Assembly (NCBI GenBank): GCA_965217865.1
Contig: CBDCJO010000002.1
Location: forward strand, 864,001-928,000
Length of the DNA: 64,000 nucleotides
Source of the DNA: Candidatus Latescibacterota bacterium
GTDB lineage: Bacteria; Latescibacterota; UBA2968; SICM01
Reading direction: 5' to 3'
Position numbers and translations under genes: made by a program. Positions 48,470-59,200 of the stretch are shown here, in pieces. Every line of letters starts with the position of its first letter. Position 1 is the stretch's first letter. Below the pieces are notes generated by a model that was given only the letters and a program-made list of their open reading frames with translations, made no database searches and was not told the DNA's origin.

Positions 48470-49242
48470 ATGTTTTCAGAAATGCGAAAAAAGATTCGAC
48501 GTTCCATGAGCCTTGCTGCTAGGGGTTATCAGGTTGCCGGGGCCAAAGTTTCGGTAACATATCCGCTGATAAATTTCAACTTACAAATTTTTTTCGAAGA
48601 TGCCTTGGATTGGCAGCATAGACTATCACGAGCAGGGGCGAGTGTTCCTTTTGGAAATTATTATGAATTCGGCGTTTTCCGGGGGGATACGATTGTGACT
48701 TTTTACCGTGCGCTGGAAAGATTCCAAAAAAAAACCGGTCTGTGGGCGTAGGAATAAAAATGTATGCTTTTGACAGTTTTAAAGGTTTACCGGCGTCTGA
48801 GAATATCTATGACAAAACCCCATTTTGGGAGGCGGGTCAATACGCTTGTTCCGAAGAAGAATTTTTACACATTCTTAAATCGAAGAGTCTCGATACTCAA
48901 AATGTTGTTTGTGTCCCGGGGTTTTACGAAGAAAGCCTTACCCAGGAACTTGCGGACTCATTATCCGATGAACGCCCCAGTATTATCACCATGGACTGCG
49001 ACCTGTACAGTTCGACCATTACGGTGCTTGAATGGTTAAGGCCATTATTAAGGCACGGGACTTTGTTTTATTTCGACGATATATGGTCATTCAGCGGCCA
49101 TCCCGATTTTGGAGAATTGCGTGCGATAAACGAGTTCAATCAGAAAGATCGGGGAAAAAGCGTTGAACATCATTTCGGCCTGGGCACAAAACGGATATGG
49201 ATATATACCAATCCATTCGAATATATGAAGTACGGGAGATAA
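48470..49242 (+). pseudogene. TylF-family methyltransferase frameshifted at an A9 run (48726-48734)
   Basis: YYEFGVFRG in the first ORF; FDSFKGLP, MDCDLYSS and FDD in the second; one extra A joins them. Confidence 0.8.
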
Positions 49243-49258
49243 TTTCGGAGATTGCGGT

Positions 49259-50362
49259 ATGAGGGTACTGGTTACCGGGGGGTGTGGGTTCATCGGGTCC
49301 TGCCTGACTGATGAACTGGTCAGGCGTGGCCATAAGGTAACAGTGTTCGACCGGGAAGAACCTTCCCTGAATCGAAACCAACACGCGGATTATCTGTGCG
49401 GAGATATCTGCGGCGACCTGGACGGATTACTGGAGCGGAGATTCGATATCGTTTTCCATTACGCCGCGGAAGTGGGATCCGGCCTATCCATGGCCGAACC
49501 CCTTAAGTTTGTGCGCATAAACTCGTATGGAACGGCCAACCTGATGGAGGCCATCCGGCGTGAAGGGTCGGTCCGAAAGGTGATCGTCGCATCCAGTTCT
49601 ACGGTGATGGGCGAATCGACATGTCGCTGTCCTGAGCACGGAATCGTCTATCCCGGGCTTCGGCCGGCGGATCAGGTTCAGAGAGGGGAATGGGAGCTGA
49701 AATGTCCGGATTGTGAAGGAACCGTGGATCCCGTAGCGATGTCGGAGGATCGTCCACTGCGACCGGCTTCGGTTTACGGTATGACCAAGAAGGACCAGGA
49801 GGAGATGTGCCTGCTGCTCGGCCGGTCCTGGAAACTGCCGGTCGTGGCTTTTCGATTCTTTGCGGTATATGGACCCCGCCAATCCCTTCGTAATCCATAC
49901 ACAGGTGTTCTGGCGCTTTTTGCCACCCGCCTATTTTCGGGTCATCCGATCTTTCACTATGAGGACGGGGGTCAGCTCAAGGACTATATCTTCGTCGATG
50001 ACATCGTACGTGCCAATATGATTGCGATGGAGACCGATGCCGCTGATGGTATGGTCTTCAATTTGGGGAGTGGGCAGCCGTACACCATCCGACAGGTCGC
50101 GGAAAAGCTGCGGGCCTTGATTAACCCGGAATTGGAAATTGTATGTACCGGGCAATATCGTGCCAGCGACAGTCGCCACGGCTGGGCGGATATATCCCTG
50201 GCCCAAAAATGCCTGGGATGGGTGCCGGAGGTATGTTTTGCCGATGGTCTGAACGAACTCGTTGAGTGGCTCGGAACCCTTCCTGACGAGGTTATTTCCG
50301 AAGCTGTTGAGAACTTTCAGGAAGCTGAGCGTTACGCAGAATCGTTGGGGATGGCGCTGTGA
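49259..50362 (+). CDS. NAD-dependent epimerase/dehydratase with a Cys-rich insert
   Basis: GGCGFIG and YGMTK motifs; CPEH..CPDC insert; NPYTGV. Confidence 0.85.
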   Translation: MRVLVTGGCGFIGSCLTDELVRRGHKVTVFDREEPSLNRNQHADYLCGDICGDLDGLLERRFDIVFHYAAEVGSGLSMAEPLKFVRINSYGTANLMEAIRREGSVRKVIVASSSTVMGESTCRCPEHGIVYPGLRPADQVQRGEWELKCPDCEGTVDPVAMSEDRPLRPASVYGMTKKDQEEMCLLLGRSWKLPVVAFRFFAVYGPRQSLRNPYTGVLALFATRLFSGHPIFHYEDGGQLKDYIFVDDIVRANMIAMETDAADGMVFNLGSGQPYTIRQVAEKLRALINPELEIVCTGQYRASDSRHGWADISLAQKCLGWVPEVCFADGLNELVEWLGTLPDEVISEAVENFQEAERYAESLGMAL

Positions 50363-51345
50363 TCATTTCTCAGACACCTTTTCGGATCAGTTTCGTGGGC
50401 GGGGGAACCGATATCCCCAGTTTTTATAAAAATTGCGGGGGGGGTGCGGTGGTCAGCACCACGATCGACAAGTACATCTATGTGACGGTTAAACCTCAAA
50501 ATCGACTCTACGAGCATCGCTTTCGCATCGGATATTCAGTGACTGAAAACGTGGACTCTGTCGAAGAGATTAATAATCCAATTGTCCGAGAGGCCCTCAA
50601 GCTCCTGGATATCGAAGATCCAATGGAGATTACGGTCCTGTCCGAGATTCCTGCGCGAACCGGGCTCGGATCTTCCAGTTCATTCGCCGTCGGCATTCTG
50701 AACGCACTCCATGCCTTCAAGGGAAAGGTCGCGACTCCTGAGCAGCTGGCAAGGGAGGCCTGTCAGATCGAGATCGACCGCTTAAATCGGCCGATCGGAA
50801 AGCAGGATCACTATGCAGCGGCTTACGGAGGCCTTAATCGGATTCAATTTGATGCAGACGAGTTTGTCAGGGTCGAACCCATTATTTGCAATCCCGAGAA
50901 GCGGGATGCTCTTTTTGCCCATCTGCTCCTTTTTTACACGGGCATTACTCGGGATGCGGACGATGTTCTGAAATCACAACAATCCAATGCGAATCATAAC
51001 CAAAAAAGATTGGGAAAGATGACCCAGCTCGTCGAACCCTTCGTCGCAGAATTACAATTTCCCGATGGAGAACTATCCCGGCTGGGGAAGTTGCTGCATC
51101 AGGGATGGAAATATAAACAATCTCTTGCACAGTCCATTACATCCCCTGAAATCGATGATTACTATGAAACAGCGATGTCATCGGGATCGACCGGCGGGAA
51201 GCTTCTGGGTGCGGGAAGCGGGGGCTTCCTATTGCTCTTCGCGGAACCCTCTCAACAGGAATCTGTTCGAAGGGCACTCGGTGAACTTATGGAGCTGCCG
51301 ATCGAATACGAACCTTATGGCAGCCGAATTGTTTTCGTGAGATAA
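50359..51345 (+). CDS. hddA: D-glycero-alpha-D-manno-heptose-7-phosphate kinase-like GHMP kinase
   Basis: TPFRISFVGGGTD, GLGSSS, GKQD and GGKLLGAGSGG motifs. Confidence 0.85.
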   Translation: MIISQTPFRISFVGGGTDIPSFYKNCGGGAVVSTTIDKYIYVTVKPQNRLYEHRFRIGYSVTENVDSVEEINNPIVREALKLLDIEDPMEITVLSEIPARTGLGSSSSFAVGILNALHAFKGKVATPEQLAREACQIEIDRLNRPIGKQDHYAAAYGGLNRIQFDADEFVRVEPIICNPEKRDALFAHLLLFYTGITRDADDVLKSQQSNANHNQKRLGKMTQLVEPFVAELQFPDGELSRLGKLLHQGWKYKQSLAQSITSPEIDDYYETAMSSGSTGGKLLGAGSGGFLLLFAEPSQQESVRRALGELMELPIEYEPYGSRIVFVR

Positions 51346-51347
51346 CC

Positions 51348-52316
51348 GTGCACTCTCTGAAGGGCAAAAAAGTTCTCGTCACCGGCGGTGCAGGAAACAT
51401 CGGATCCTATATTATCGATGCTCTGAAGGCAGAGGATCCGGAACAAATCGTTTGTGTTGACAACATGTTTAATGGCAGGATGGACCATGTCGCCCAACAT
51501 ATAGACCAATCCTATTTCAAGTTTTATAACGTGGATGTAGCCGATTATTCGAGCCTTGCATACGTGTTCCGAACACATCTTCCCGATCATATTTTTCATC
51601 AGGCCTCGATGCTGATTCAGGACAGCGAGACACTCCCCCATAAGGCCATTCAAACGAATATCGTCGGAACTTTTAACATCGTTCAGCTTGGGAATGAGTT
51701 CGAAATAAAAAAGATGTGTTATGCATCTTCGGCCTCGATATTCGGCCAGCCCAAATATCTGCCGGTTGATGAAGACCACCCGGTTGCCTACAAACAAAAC
51801 TATCTTTACGGGGCAACCAAAATCGCCAATGAAGCGATCGTGGGCACCCATGCCCGATTTGACTGGGTCGGACTCCGATATTACAACGTGTTCAGCGAGA
51901 GGCAATCGACCTCGGCTTTCTACACACAGGTTATCAATTATCTCTACAATAATATTTCCAACGGAAAGCCTGTCGAAATTCATAATGACGGATCACAAAC
52001 CGTGGACTTGATTCATGCAGCGGACATTGCTGAAGCCAACATCGCATCCATGAAATCCGGGATTTCGGGCGAGTTATTCAATGTCGGGACGGGTGTCCAG
52101 ACCAGTGTGCTCGATCTCGCTGGGAATCTTATGAAAGTCATGGGGACGAATGTTGAGATAAAGTCCATTCCACATCACGACTCCGATCGGCATGTCACCC
52201 TACGTCAAAGCAGTACCAAAAAGATCAGGGAAATGTTGGGATTTAATTCGAGGATAGGGTTAGAGGAAGGCCTGAAGCGTTTTGTTGAATACCGACAAAG
52301 CCGGGAAAAAGCCTAG
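51348..52316 (+). CDS. NAD-dependent epimerase/dehydratase
   Basis: GGAGNIG and YGATK motifs. Confidence 0.85.
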   Translation: MHSLKGKKVLVTGGAGNIGSYIIDALKAEDPEQIVCVDNMFNGRMDHVAQHIDQSYFKFYNVDVADYSSLAYVFRTHLPDHIFHQASMLIQDSETLPHKAIQTNIVGTFNIVQLGNEFEIKKMCYASSASIFGQPKYLPVDEDHPVAYKQNYLYGATKIANEAIVGTHARFDWVGLRYYNVFSERQSTSAFYTQVINYLYNNISNGKPVEIHNDGSQTVDLIHAADIAEANIASMKSGISGELFNVGTGVQTSVLDLAGNLMKVMGTNVEIKSIPHHDSDRHVTLRQSSTKKIREMLGFNSRIGLEEGLKRFVEYRQSREKA

Positions 52317-53178
52317 GAGAAAGATATTGATCCTGGGGGGAGGGGGGATGTTCGCCTGGGATATGCATCGTGTCCTTTGCAGCGATCCGAATCTTGAATC
52401 CGTTTCGGTTCCCCATTCCCGTTTGGATATCACCGATTTCAAAGCCGTCCGGAAATTTCTTAGGTCGGAAAACCTTTTTGCCGTCGTCAATACGGTGGGC
52501 CCCCTTGTGGATTTCTGCGAGGAGAGACCGGATACCGCTCAAAGACTCAACGTAGAGTCGGTCGCAAATTGTGCATCCGTATGTGAAGAGATCGGTGTTC
52601 GTTTCGTACACTTGAGCACGTGCGGACTATTCGGGGACGAAAAGAGGTTCTACTCGGAGACCGATCCCGTGAAATTGAAGACGGTATACGCCAGGACCAA
52701 GTATGAAGGTGAGCTCGCCGCGGCGAGAAACTGCAGGGATGTTCTCATCGTTCGGCCTGGCTGGATGTACGGAGGAACCCCGGAACACAAGAAGAACTTC
52801 GTGACGGCTCGGATTAGAGAAGCCCGGGGTCAGGACAAAATGTATGGTGCGGGAGACAAGTTCGGAAGTCCGACGTGGACCCGCGATGCGGCCGAGGCGG
52901 TAAAGCAACTTCTGCTGAATGAGGAACTTCGGGGTGTTATTCATGTATGTAATACGGGGGGAGCGTCCCGCGCCGAATATGTGGGCGAGATCATGAAACT
53001 TGCGGGTGTGCAAATCCCGGTTGAAGAGGTAGACTCCAGTGCCTTTCCCCGGAGCGCATCCGTGCCGGACTGTGAAATGCTGGATAATTCACTTCTAAAC
53101 CGAACTCTTGGAAGGCCCATGCACGATTGGAAGGACGCCCTGGAGCGGTACCTCAGAGAGCTCAACCAGGATGATTAA
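52282..53178 (+). CDS. RmlD-like NDP-4-keto-sugar reductase
   Basis: GGGGM, RLDIT, YARTKYEGE and GSPTW motifs. Confidence 0.85.
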   Translation: MLNTDKAGKKPRRKILILGGGGMFAWDMHRVLCSDPNLESVSVPHSRLDITDFKAVRKFLRSENLFAVVNTVGPLVDFCEERPDTAQRLNVESVANCASVCEEIGVRFVHLSTCGLFGDEKRFYSETDPVKLKTVYARTKYEGELAAARNCRDVLIVRPGWMYGGTPEHKKNFVTARIREARGQDKMYGAGDKFGSPTWTRDAAEAVKQLLLNEELRGVIHVCNTGGASRAEYVGEIMKLAGVQIPVEEVDSSAFPRSASVPDCEMLDNSLLNRTLGRPMHDWKDALERYLRELNQDD

Positions 53179-54219
53179 GTGGACGATTTTGTCTCTGTCA
53201 TAATTCCCACTTATAACGCCGAGCGCTTTATTGGAAAGGCCATTCGCAGCGTTCTGCTACAAACCCATAGGGATTTTGAGCTGATCGTGATCGATAATGC
53301 GAGCATGGATAACACCGCGGGAGTTGTAGAGGAATTTGCATCAAGGGATGTGCGAATCAGGCTTATCCGGAACGAAAAAAATATCGGCTTCCAGAGATCC
53401 GTCAACAGGGCCCTCAAGGCGGCCCGTTACGAATACATCGCCAAAATCGACGCTCCGGATTGGATGCCTCCCTATCGACTGGCTGAACAGAAGGAATATT
53501 TAGACGGCCATCCGGAAGTGGCCGTGGTTGGTGGAGATGTCGAGTCCTACGATGAAGGCCTTAACAAAATTGAAATCAGGCGATTATCGGATCATTACCT
53601 GCCCGTTGAGCTATTGTTTGGCTGTTACATCTCACATTCCGCCGTGATGTATCGAAAGTCGGTGGTCATGAACTACGGGGGCTACGATGAGGAGCTGGTT
53701 CGGGCTGAGGATTACGACCTCTGGACCAAGTTTCTGTTAGACGGATTTTATCTGGAAAATCTTCCCCGGGTTATGAGCTTTGAACGGGTTTTCAAGGGAC
53801 AGGGTGCGGACTTTTTAAAGAAGGAAGAGCGCCAGACCGGTCGCCGCGCACAGCTTAGGGTTTTGGATGCAGTATGCCCTCCGGGCTTCGCCCAACCCAT
53901 ACGAAAAGTCGCAACGGACAGCATCAATGATCAGTTCCCCTTAAAAGATATCTATGATGCAACACGCTATTTTTGCTCCGATTTTTTGACAGACCTTCAG
54001 GGGTTCTATCCGTATCAATTAAACCGTCGGGCTGAGCTCATTCTAAAAACCATGATCGGGGATTTTGTTCGAAACAATCTGCTTCATCCCAAAGGGTGGG
54101 CTGCTCTTCGAGCAGCCCGGGCAGAGGGTTGGGATGTCATTCCGCTGATGACTCCGGAGGGGATTTGGCAATCTCTGAGGAGATGGCTCGGAGACGTAAA
54201 AAGAGGACTGTTCACTTAA
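53179..54219 (+). CDS. GT2 glycosyltransferase
   Basis: SVIIPTYN, IDNASMD and AEDYDLW motifs. Confidence 0.88.
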   Translation: MDDFVSVIIPTYNAERFIGKAIRSVLLQTHRDFELIVIDNASMDNTAGVVEEFASRDVRIRLIRNEKNIGFQRSVNRALKAARYEYIAKIDAPDWMPPYRLAEQKEYLDGHPEVAVVGGDVESYDEGLNKIEIRRLSDHYLPVELLFGCYISHSAVMYRKSVVMNYGGYDEELVRAEDYDLWTKFLLDGFYLENLPRVMSFERVFKGQGADFLKKEERQTGRRAQLRVLDAVCPPGFAQPIRKVATDSINDQFPLKDIYDATRYFCSDFLTDLQGFYPYQLNRRAELILKTMIGDFVRNNLLHPKGWAALRAARAEGWDVIPLMTPEGIWQSLRRWLGDVKRGLFT

Positions 54220-54238
54220 ATTCGATGAGGGAATCGGA

Positions 54239-54700
54239 TTGAATACTTCAAAAATAGAGGGCGTTCGAATCATACCCTTGCAGCAGATCCCGGATGAACG
54301 GGGCAAGGTCATGCATATGATGAAGGCCACGGATCCCCATTTCGAGCGGTTCGGGGAGATCTACTTCTCGGTCGCGTGGCCAGGTGCGATCAAGGCCTGG
54401 CATCTCCATAAGAGGATGACCATCAACAATGCGGTCGTGTCGGGTCGGGCTAAATTGGTCATATACGATGATCGAAAAGACTCACCGACCCGTGGAATCC
54501 TGGAGGAGATCTATTTGGGGGAGGATAACTATGTACTGGTTCAGATACCTCCTGGGATCGTTAACGGCTACAAGACCTATGGAGATAAGCCGGTCATTCT
54601 TGCTAATTGCGCGACCGAGCCCCACGATCCCGAAGAGATTATTCGAATCGATCCGTATACTCCGGATATTCCGTATGATTGGGGCTTGAAACATCAATAA
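54239..54700 (+). CDS. RmlC-like cupin 3,5-epimerase
   Basis: DERG, IKAWHLH and IPPG motifs. Confidence 0.85.
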   Translation: MNTSKIEGVRIIPLQQIPDERGKVMHMMKATDPHFERFGEIYFSVAWPGAIKAWHLHKRMTINNAVVSGRAKLVIYDDRKDSPTRGILEEIYLGEDNYVLVQIPPGIVNGYKTYGDKPVILANCATEPHDPEEIIRIDPYTPDIPYDWGLKHQ

Positions 54701-54792
54701 ATGATCGCTTTGAGAAGACCATAAAAAGTGTGATGTGATTTCAAACTTTGTAACCGCAATAAAATAGTCATCCTTCAGGAGAGTGCTTATCC

Positions 54793-55983
54793 TTGATCGG
54801 GTGTTCCCTTTCTGTCTATGATCATTCTCGGTGTTATCTTTTCGCCCTCGGCCGCAACGCGATGTTCGCAGCCTGTCAGGCGGTTGGCCTTAAGGAAGGC
54901 GATGAGGTCCTTTCACCCGCCTTCGATGGCGATGGCACCCTGCAGCCCTTTACCGCCTTCGGCTGTCGGATCGTGTTTTATCGATCTGATCCGAATACTT
55001 TTGCGGCTGATGTGAATGATATCCGGCAGAAGATCTCAGAGCGAACACGGCTCATTCACGTGATCCACCACTTCGGCATGCCCCAACCCTGGAGAGAGCT
55101 GGAGTCTCTTCGACGGGAAAGGGGAATTCCGACCCTGGAGGACAACGCCTATTCGCTTTTTTCATCCATCGAGGGACAGCCGTTCGGTACTTTTGGGGAT
55201 CTGGCTATATTTTCGCTTCGCAAAGAGCTCCCTCTTGTAGATGGTGGGATGTTACGTATCAACAACCTGAAGTTTTCGTGGTCGCGACCGGCACGCCGAG
55301 TTCGGTGGTTTTACCCCACTGAAAGGGGTACTCTGCTTTCGCAGGTCCAGGATGAGTTGAGGCGCCAGTTTTTAGTGCCAATCCCTGCAGTAAGACTTGC
55401 TCGTCTGATAGGATTTCTTCCAGATCAGAAACCTCAAGCCCTGCCTCCCCTTTTTTCCGATCCCGAAGCCCCGTATCCGGTTTGGCCTGATCGCGATAAG
55501 ATAGGGGAGGAGTTTTCCTGTGACTATATTCGTCCGATTTCCCTACTGGGGCGCAAGCAGCTTTGCCGATGGAGTCGGGGTGATTTTGAACGCCTCTCGG
55601 TGCGGAGAATAATGGCCTATCGGACCCTTGTACCCCTCCTACAGAACGTCCCCGGGCTTACTGTGCTGAACCCCGAACTTCCGGATGGCATCGTGCCCTT
55701 TTGCCTCAATTTGCGATTAGAAAAACGCAGGGATGAAGTTCTCATAGCACTCCAAAAGTCATATAACGTGATGGCATGGCCGACTTTACCGGGTACTGTG
55801 CTGGAGCAGGTGGAAAATTTTCCAGAGGTTCGACAGTTGGGAAGGAAGCTGCTGCAGTTCATATTTCCCAAGGGATTGAACTGGCCGCTCGCTTACGACG
55901 GGATCCTAAAACAGTTCGCCGTGGATTTGAAACGAATTTGGGAGCGTGAATCTCCCTGCGAAGGTAAGACCGGAAAAAACTAA
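54793..55983 (+). CDS. Divergent DegT-like PLP-dependent protein (start uncertain)
   Basis: GRNA, IHHFG, EDNAY and FSLRKELP..GG motifs. Confidence 0.7.
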   Translation: MIGCSLSVYDHSRCYLFALGRNAMFAACQAVGLKEGDEVLSPAFDGDGTLQPFTAFGCRIVFYRSDPNTFAADVNDIRQKISERTRLIHVIHHFGMPQPWRELESLRRERGIPTLEDNAYSLFSSIEGQPFGTFGDLAIFSLRKELPLVDGGMLRINNLKFSWSRPARRVRWFYPTERGTLLSQVQDELRRQFLVPIPAVRLARLIGFLPDQKPQALPPLFSDPEAPYPVWPDRDKIGEEFSCDYIRPISLLGRKQLCRWSRGDFERLSVRRIMAYRTLVPLLQNVPGLTVLNPELPDGIVPFCLNLRLEKRRDEVLIALQKSYNVMAWPTLPGTVLEQVENFPEVRQLGRKLLQFIFPKGLNWPLAYDGILKQFAVDLKRIWERESPCEGKTGKN

Positions 55984-57110
55984 TGGAGATTGTATGGCTC
56001 GAAAGCGAGGGTGAATTTCGGGGGATTGCACACGAATGGGATAAGGCCTTGCGAAAATCCGGAGAAGATATTCCGTTTCTCCTGTCGGATTTTATCCTGA
56101 CCTGGTGGAAATATTTTTCGGATGGACGTTCCCTGAGAATTTTCGTCGTTTTTGAAGGTAAGGATATTGTCGGAGGTTTGCCTTTATACCTGGAGAAAAA
56201 CAGAAATTCCCGCGTTTTGAGATATCCCGGGTCGGCGGATTTTGGGGTGGCCAATTATACGAATTTCCTGTCGGTGAAGCCTTTGGATAAGACTCTGGAT
56301 CTGTTTTTGAGGTCGCTTTGCAACCGCAATGAGTGGGATCTCCTTCAGATGGAGCAGCTTAAGGTTCCGTTTGAAACATGGAAAAATTTAGAGAAAACAT
56401 TTGATGATTATGGATTTCTCCTATTGAAACAAAGTCAATTGGCCTCTCTTTCGATCGAGGTACCCGAATCCCTGGACGGTTTTCTGATGGAGAGGAGTAA
56501 AAATCTTCGAAAGAAGGTTCGGAGGTCCTATCGACTCGCTGAGGATGCGGGCAAGCTGGTCCTGGATAAAGTTCGGGGTTCGGAAAACGTTGAGGATCTT
56601 TTTCGACTTTATGTGGACCTCTCCAAATCATCTTACGCTGAACGGGAAAAAGAGAGCGCATTCGAGGATAGCCGATTACGTGATTTTTTCGGGGACCTCC
56701 TTAAACGCTTTGAGGAATCAGGATTTTTAGATGCGTATGCATTGAAACTGAATCAGGACATCATCGCAATTGCCTTTTGTTACACGCTTCAAAACAACCT
56801 CAATTATATTCTCACGACTTTTGATTACCGTTTTTCGGAACTGAGACCGGGACATTTATTAACCAGCCAGTTATTAAGGGCCGCAATTCAAAGAAAATCT
56901 CCGGTTATGGATTTCTTTACAGGCGAAAAAATGTACAAGAAGCTATGGACAAATCGACAGGACCCGATATTTAAGTTCACAATCGGCCGGAATACGTTTC
57001 GGAATCGAGCTGTCAGAAATAAAGAAAGGTTGTATAGAAAATTAGGGTCCATACACGCCTTAAAGGTGGTTAAAAGTGAAGTAAGCAAAGTGATGGGGCA
57101 CAATAATTAA
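55983..57110 (+). CDS. GNAT acyltransferase (CelD/BcsL-like)
   Basis: TWWKYF, LRPGHLL and DFFTGEKMYKKLWT motifs. Confidence 0.8.
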   Translation: MEIVWLESEGEFRGIAHEWDKALRKSGEDIPFLLSDFILTWWKYFSDGRSLRIFVVFEGKDIVGGLPLYLEKNRNSRVLRYPGSADFGVANYTNFLSVKPLDKTLDLFLRSLCNRNEWDLLQMEQLKVPFETWKNLEKTFDDYGFLLLKQSQLASLSIEVPESLDGFLMERSKNLRKKVRRSYRLAEDAGKLVLDKVRGSENVEDLFRLYVDLSKSSYAEREKESAFEDSRLRDFFGDLLKRFEESGFLDAYALKLNQDIIAIAFCYTLQNNLNYILTTFDYRFSELRPGHLLTSQLLRAAIQRKSPVMDFFTGEKMYKKLWTNRQDPIFKFTIGRNTFRNRAVRNKERLYRKLGSIHALKVVKSEVSKVMGHNN

Positions 57111-57203
57111 TGACACAACGGAATTGCGACCTAGATCAAAGGTAAACAATATCCGAAACATTGGATCGAACCTGAAGCAGATATTAGCGCTTCGAGGAAA
57201 TTT

Positions 57204-58217
57204 GTGACGGATGGTCATAAAGCGTATCGTTGGATGAATGGATTAAAAATCCGACCCGGGTTGGCGGCGGGCCGAAACTATCTGAGACACAATCTGATTC
57301 GCAGGTTCGATCCTCGATCCAGGGTTTTTATCCTTGTCTATCATCGGGTGCTGCCGGATAGAAGTCGTTTCGATCCTTTCGGCGTCGTTATATCAGAAGC
57401 TACTTTTCGAAGTCAAATCGAACATATCAAGGTGAACTTCCCCATCATTACGCTGGGGGAACTCGCCAATCAGTATAAAGAGGGCCGGTATGAAGCTTCA
57501 ATTCAGGTTATCCTGACTTTTGACGATGGATATCTGGATAACTATACGCATGCTTTTCCCGTCCTGAGTCAATTGGGGGTTCGAGCTACTTTTTTCCTCA
57601 TTACCGATTTTGTGGGAACCGAACGACCGCTATGGGACTATGAATTGGGCAGAGCCGTATTACGTTCTTCAAAGCCGGATGTTCACACCCTTGATCTGCC
57701 TTTTTTGGGAAAGATGATTCGCCTCTCATCAGAGTCGGATCTGGCGTGGTTGACAAGGCTCAATGAAGGATTCAAGTCGTTGATCGATTCTCAGCGGAGG
57801 GCCGCGCTCAGGTCCCTTTTTCAACAGTATGATTTTGCTCCCGATTCCACACCGGAGTGCGACCGGTCTCTCGCATGGGACCAGGTTGAGGAGATGCGGG
57901 ATTCAGGGATGGAGATCGGGGCTCACAGCTGTTCGCATCCATCCCTCGCGAGAATTTCGACAGAAGCAGCTATTCTTGAAATTGACAGATCCAAAGAGGT
58001 GATCGAATCAAAGCTGGGTCAACCCTGTCTCAGTTTCGCATTCCCTTATGGCAGCGACCGGGATTTCAGTGACGACTTGATCCAACACGTTGAGAAAACA
58101 GGTTATGATTGTTGCGTTTTGAATGTGCGTGGTTATAATTGCGCTTCGACCTCACGATTTCGCCTTCGCAGGATCATCGCATCAGAACAGACGGAACTAA
58201 AACAGGCCATCGGATAA
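57204..58217 (+). CDS. Polysaccharide deacetylase (NodB-like)
   Basis: YHRV, TFDDGY, IGAHSCSHP and FAFPYG motifs. Confidence 0.9.
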   Translation: MTDGHKAYRWMNGLKIRPGLAAGRNYLRHNLIRRFDPRSRVFILVYHRVLPDRSRFDPFGVVISEATFRSQIEHIKVNFPIITLGELANQYKEGRYEASIQVILTFDDGYLDNYTHAFPVLSQLGVRATFFLITDFVGTERPLWDYELGRAVLRSSKPDVHTLDLPFLGKMIRLSSESDLAWLTRLNEGFKSLIDSQRRAALRSLFQQYDFAPDSTPECDRSLAWDQVEEMRDSGMEIGAHSCSHPSLARISTEAAILEIDRSKEVIESKLGQPCLSFAFPYGSDRDFSDDLIQHVEKTGYDCCVLNVRGYNCASTSRFRLRRIIASEQTELKQAIG

Positions 58218-58220
58218 GGA

Positions 58221-59165
58221 ATGGAAATGTCGACAATGATCGACGCGAACTACCCACTGGTGTCTATTGTGATACCGACGTGTAACATGGTAAAATGGCT
58301 GCCGGATGCCCTCGACAGCGTATTGGAGCAGACCTACCCCAATTGGGAATGCATCATCGTTGATGGCGGTTCAACAGACGAAACAGAAGCCGTCGTCCAA
58401 TCCTATTCGTCGAGAGATAAAAGAATCAGGTTTATTCAAGAGCCGGACGAAGGGCCGGCCAAAGCTCGAAATTTGGGTATCCAATCAAGCCAAGGAGACC
58501 TGATCGCGTTTCTGGATGCAGATGATCAGTGGCTTCCCACCAAGCTTATGAAACAGGTCAAGACCCTGATCGATTCCCCCGAGGCCGGACTCTGTTGTGC
58601 CTACCACGAAGAGGTAGACGAACATTTAAATCTTCTGAATCCATGGCCGAAGGTGAAGGAGATGGGCCGATATCCTGACGAGATCCGCCCGGAAATGCTT
58701 ATTGAGAGGAATTGTGTTCCTGGTTCCGCATCAAGTTCGGTCGTGAGACGGAAGGTTTTTGAGGAAATAGGCCTATTCGACAGCCTGATGCGAAGGTGCG
58801 AAGACTCCGACATGTGGTATCGAATCGCTTTGAAATACCCCATCATACAGGAAAGGGAGGTGCTGGTAAGGCTTAGAAAACATCCGAATGCTATAGATCC
58901 GCTAGCTGCACTTACAGGATATGTTTCCCGGTTAAAAAAATCCAGAGAATTCGCGCCTAAGTCCCATTTGGAATTAATCAGGGATGAGATCCATAAATTA
59001 AATTGGAAAATCCTTGGCATTTATGGTCGCAGGCTTATGATCTTTTGGGGGATCGGCCTATTTGCCAAACTTGCTTTTGAAAACCCTTTCAAGACTATAG
59101 CAAGTATCAATTCAGAGCTTCGAAAATATTCCGATCGCAATTCTTCTAGAAGGTTCAGAATGTGA
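58221..59165 (+). CDS. GT2 glycosyltransferase
   Basis: VDGGSTD, ARNLG and FLDADD motifs. Confidence 0.9.
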   Translation: MEMSTMIDANYPLVSIVIPTCNMVKWLPDALDSVLEQTYPNWECIIVDGGSTDETEAVVQSYSSRDKRIRFIQEPDEGPAKARNLGIQSSQGDLIAFLDADDQWLPTKLMKQVKTLIDSPEAGLCCAYHEEVDEHLNLLNPWPKVKEMGRYPDEIRPEMLIERNCVPGSASSSVVRRKVFEEIGLFDSLMRRCEDSDMWYRIALKYPIIQEREVLVRLRKHPNAIDPLAALTGYVSRLKKSREFAPKSHLELIRDEIHKLNWKILGIYGRRLMIFWGIGLFAKLAFENPFKTIASINSELRKYSDRNSSRRFRM

Positions 59166-59200
59166 TGGTCTGATTTTGACCACACTTGTAAATTTCAAGG

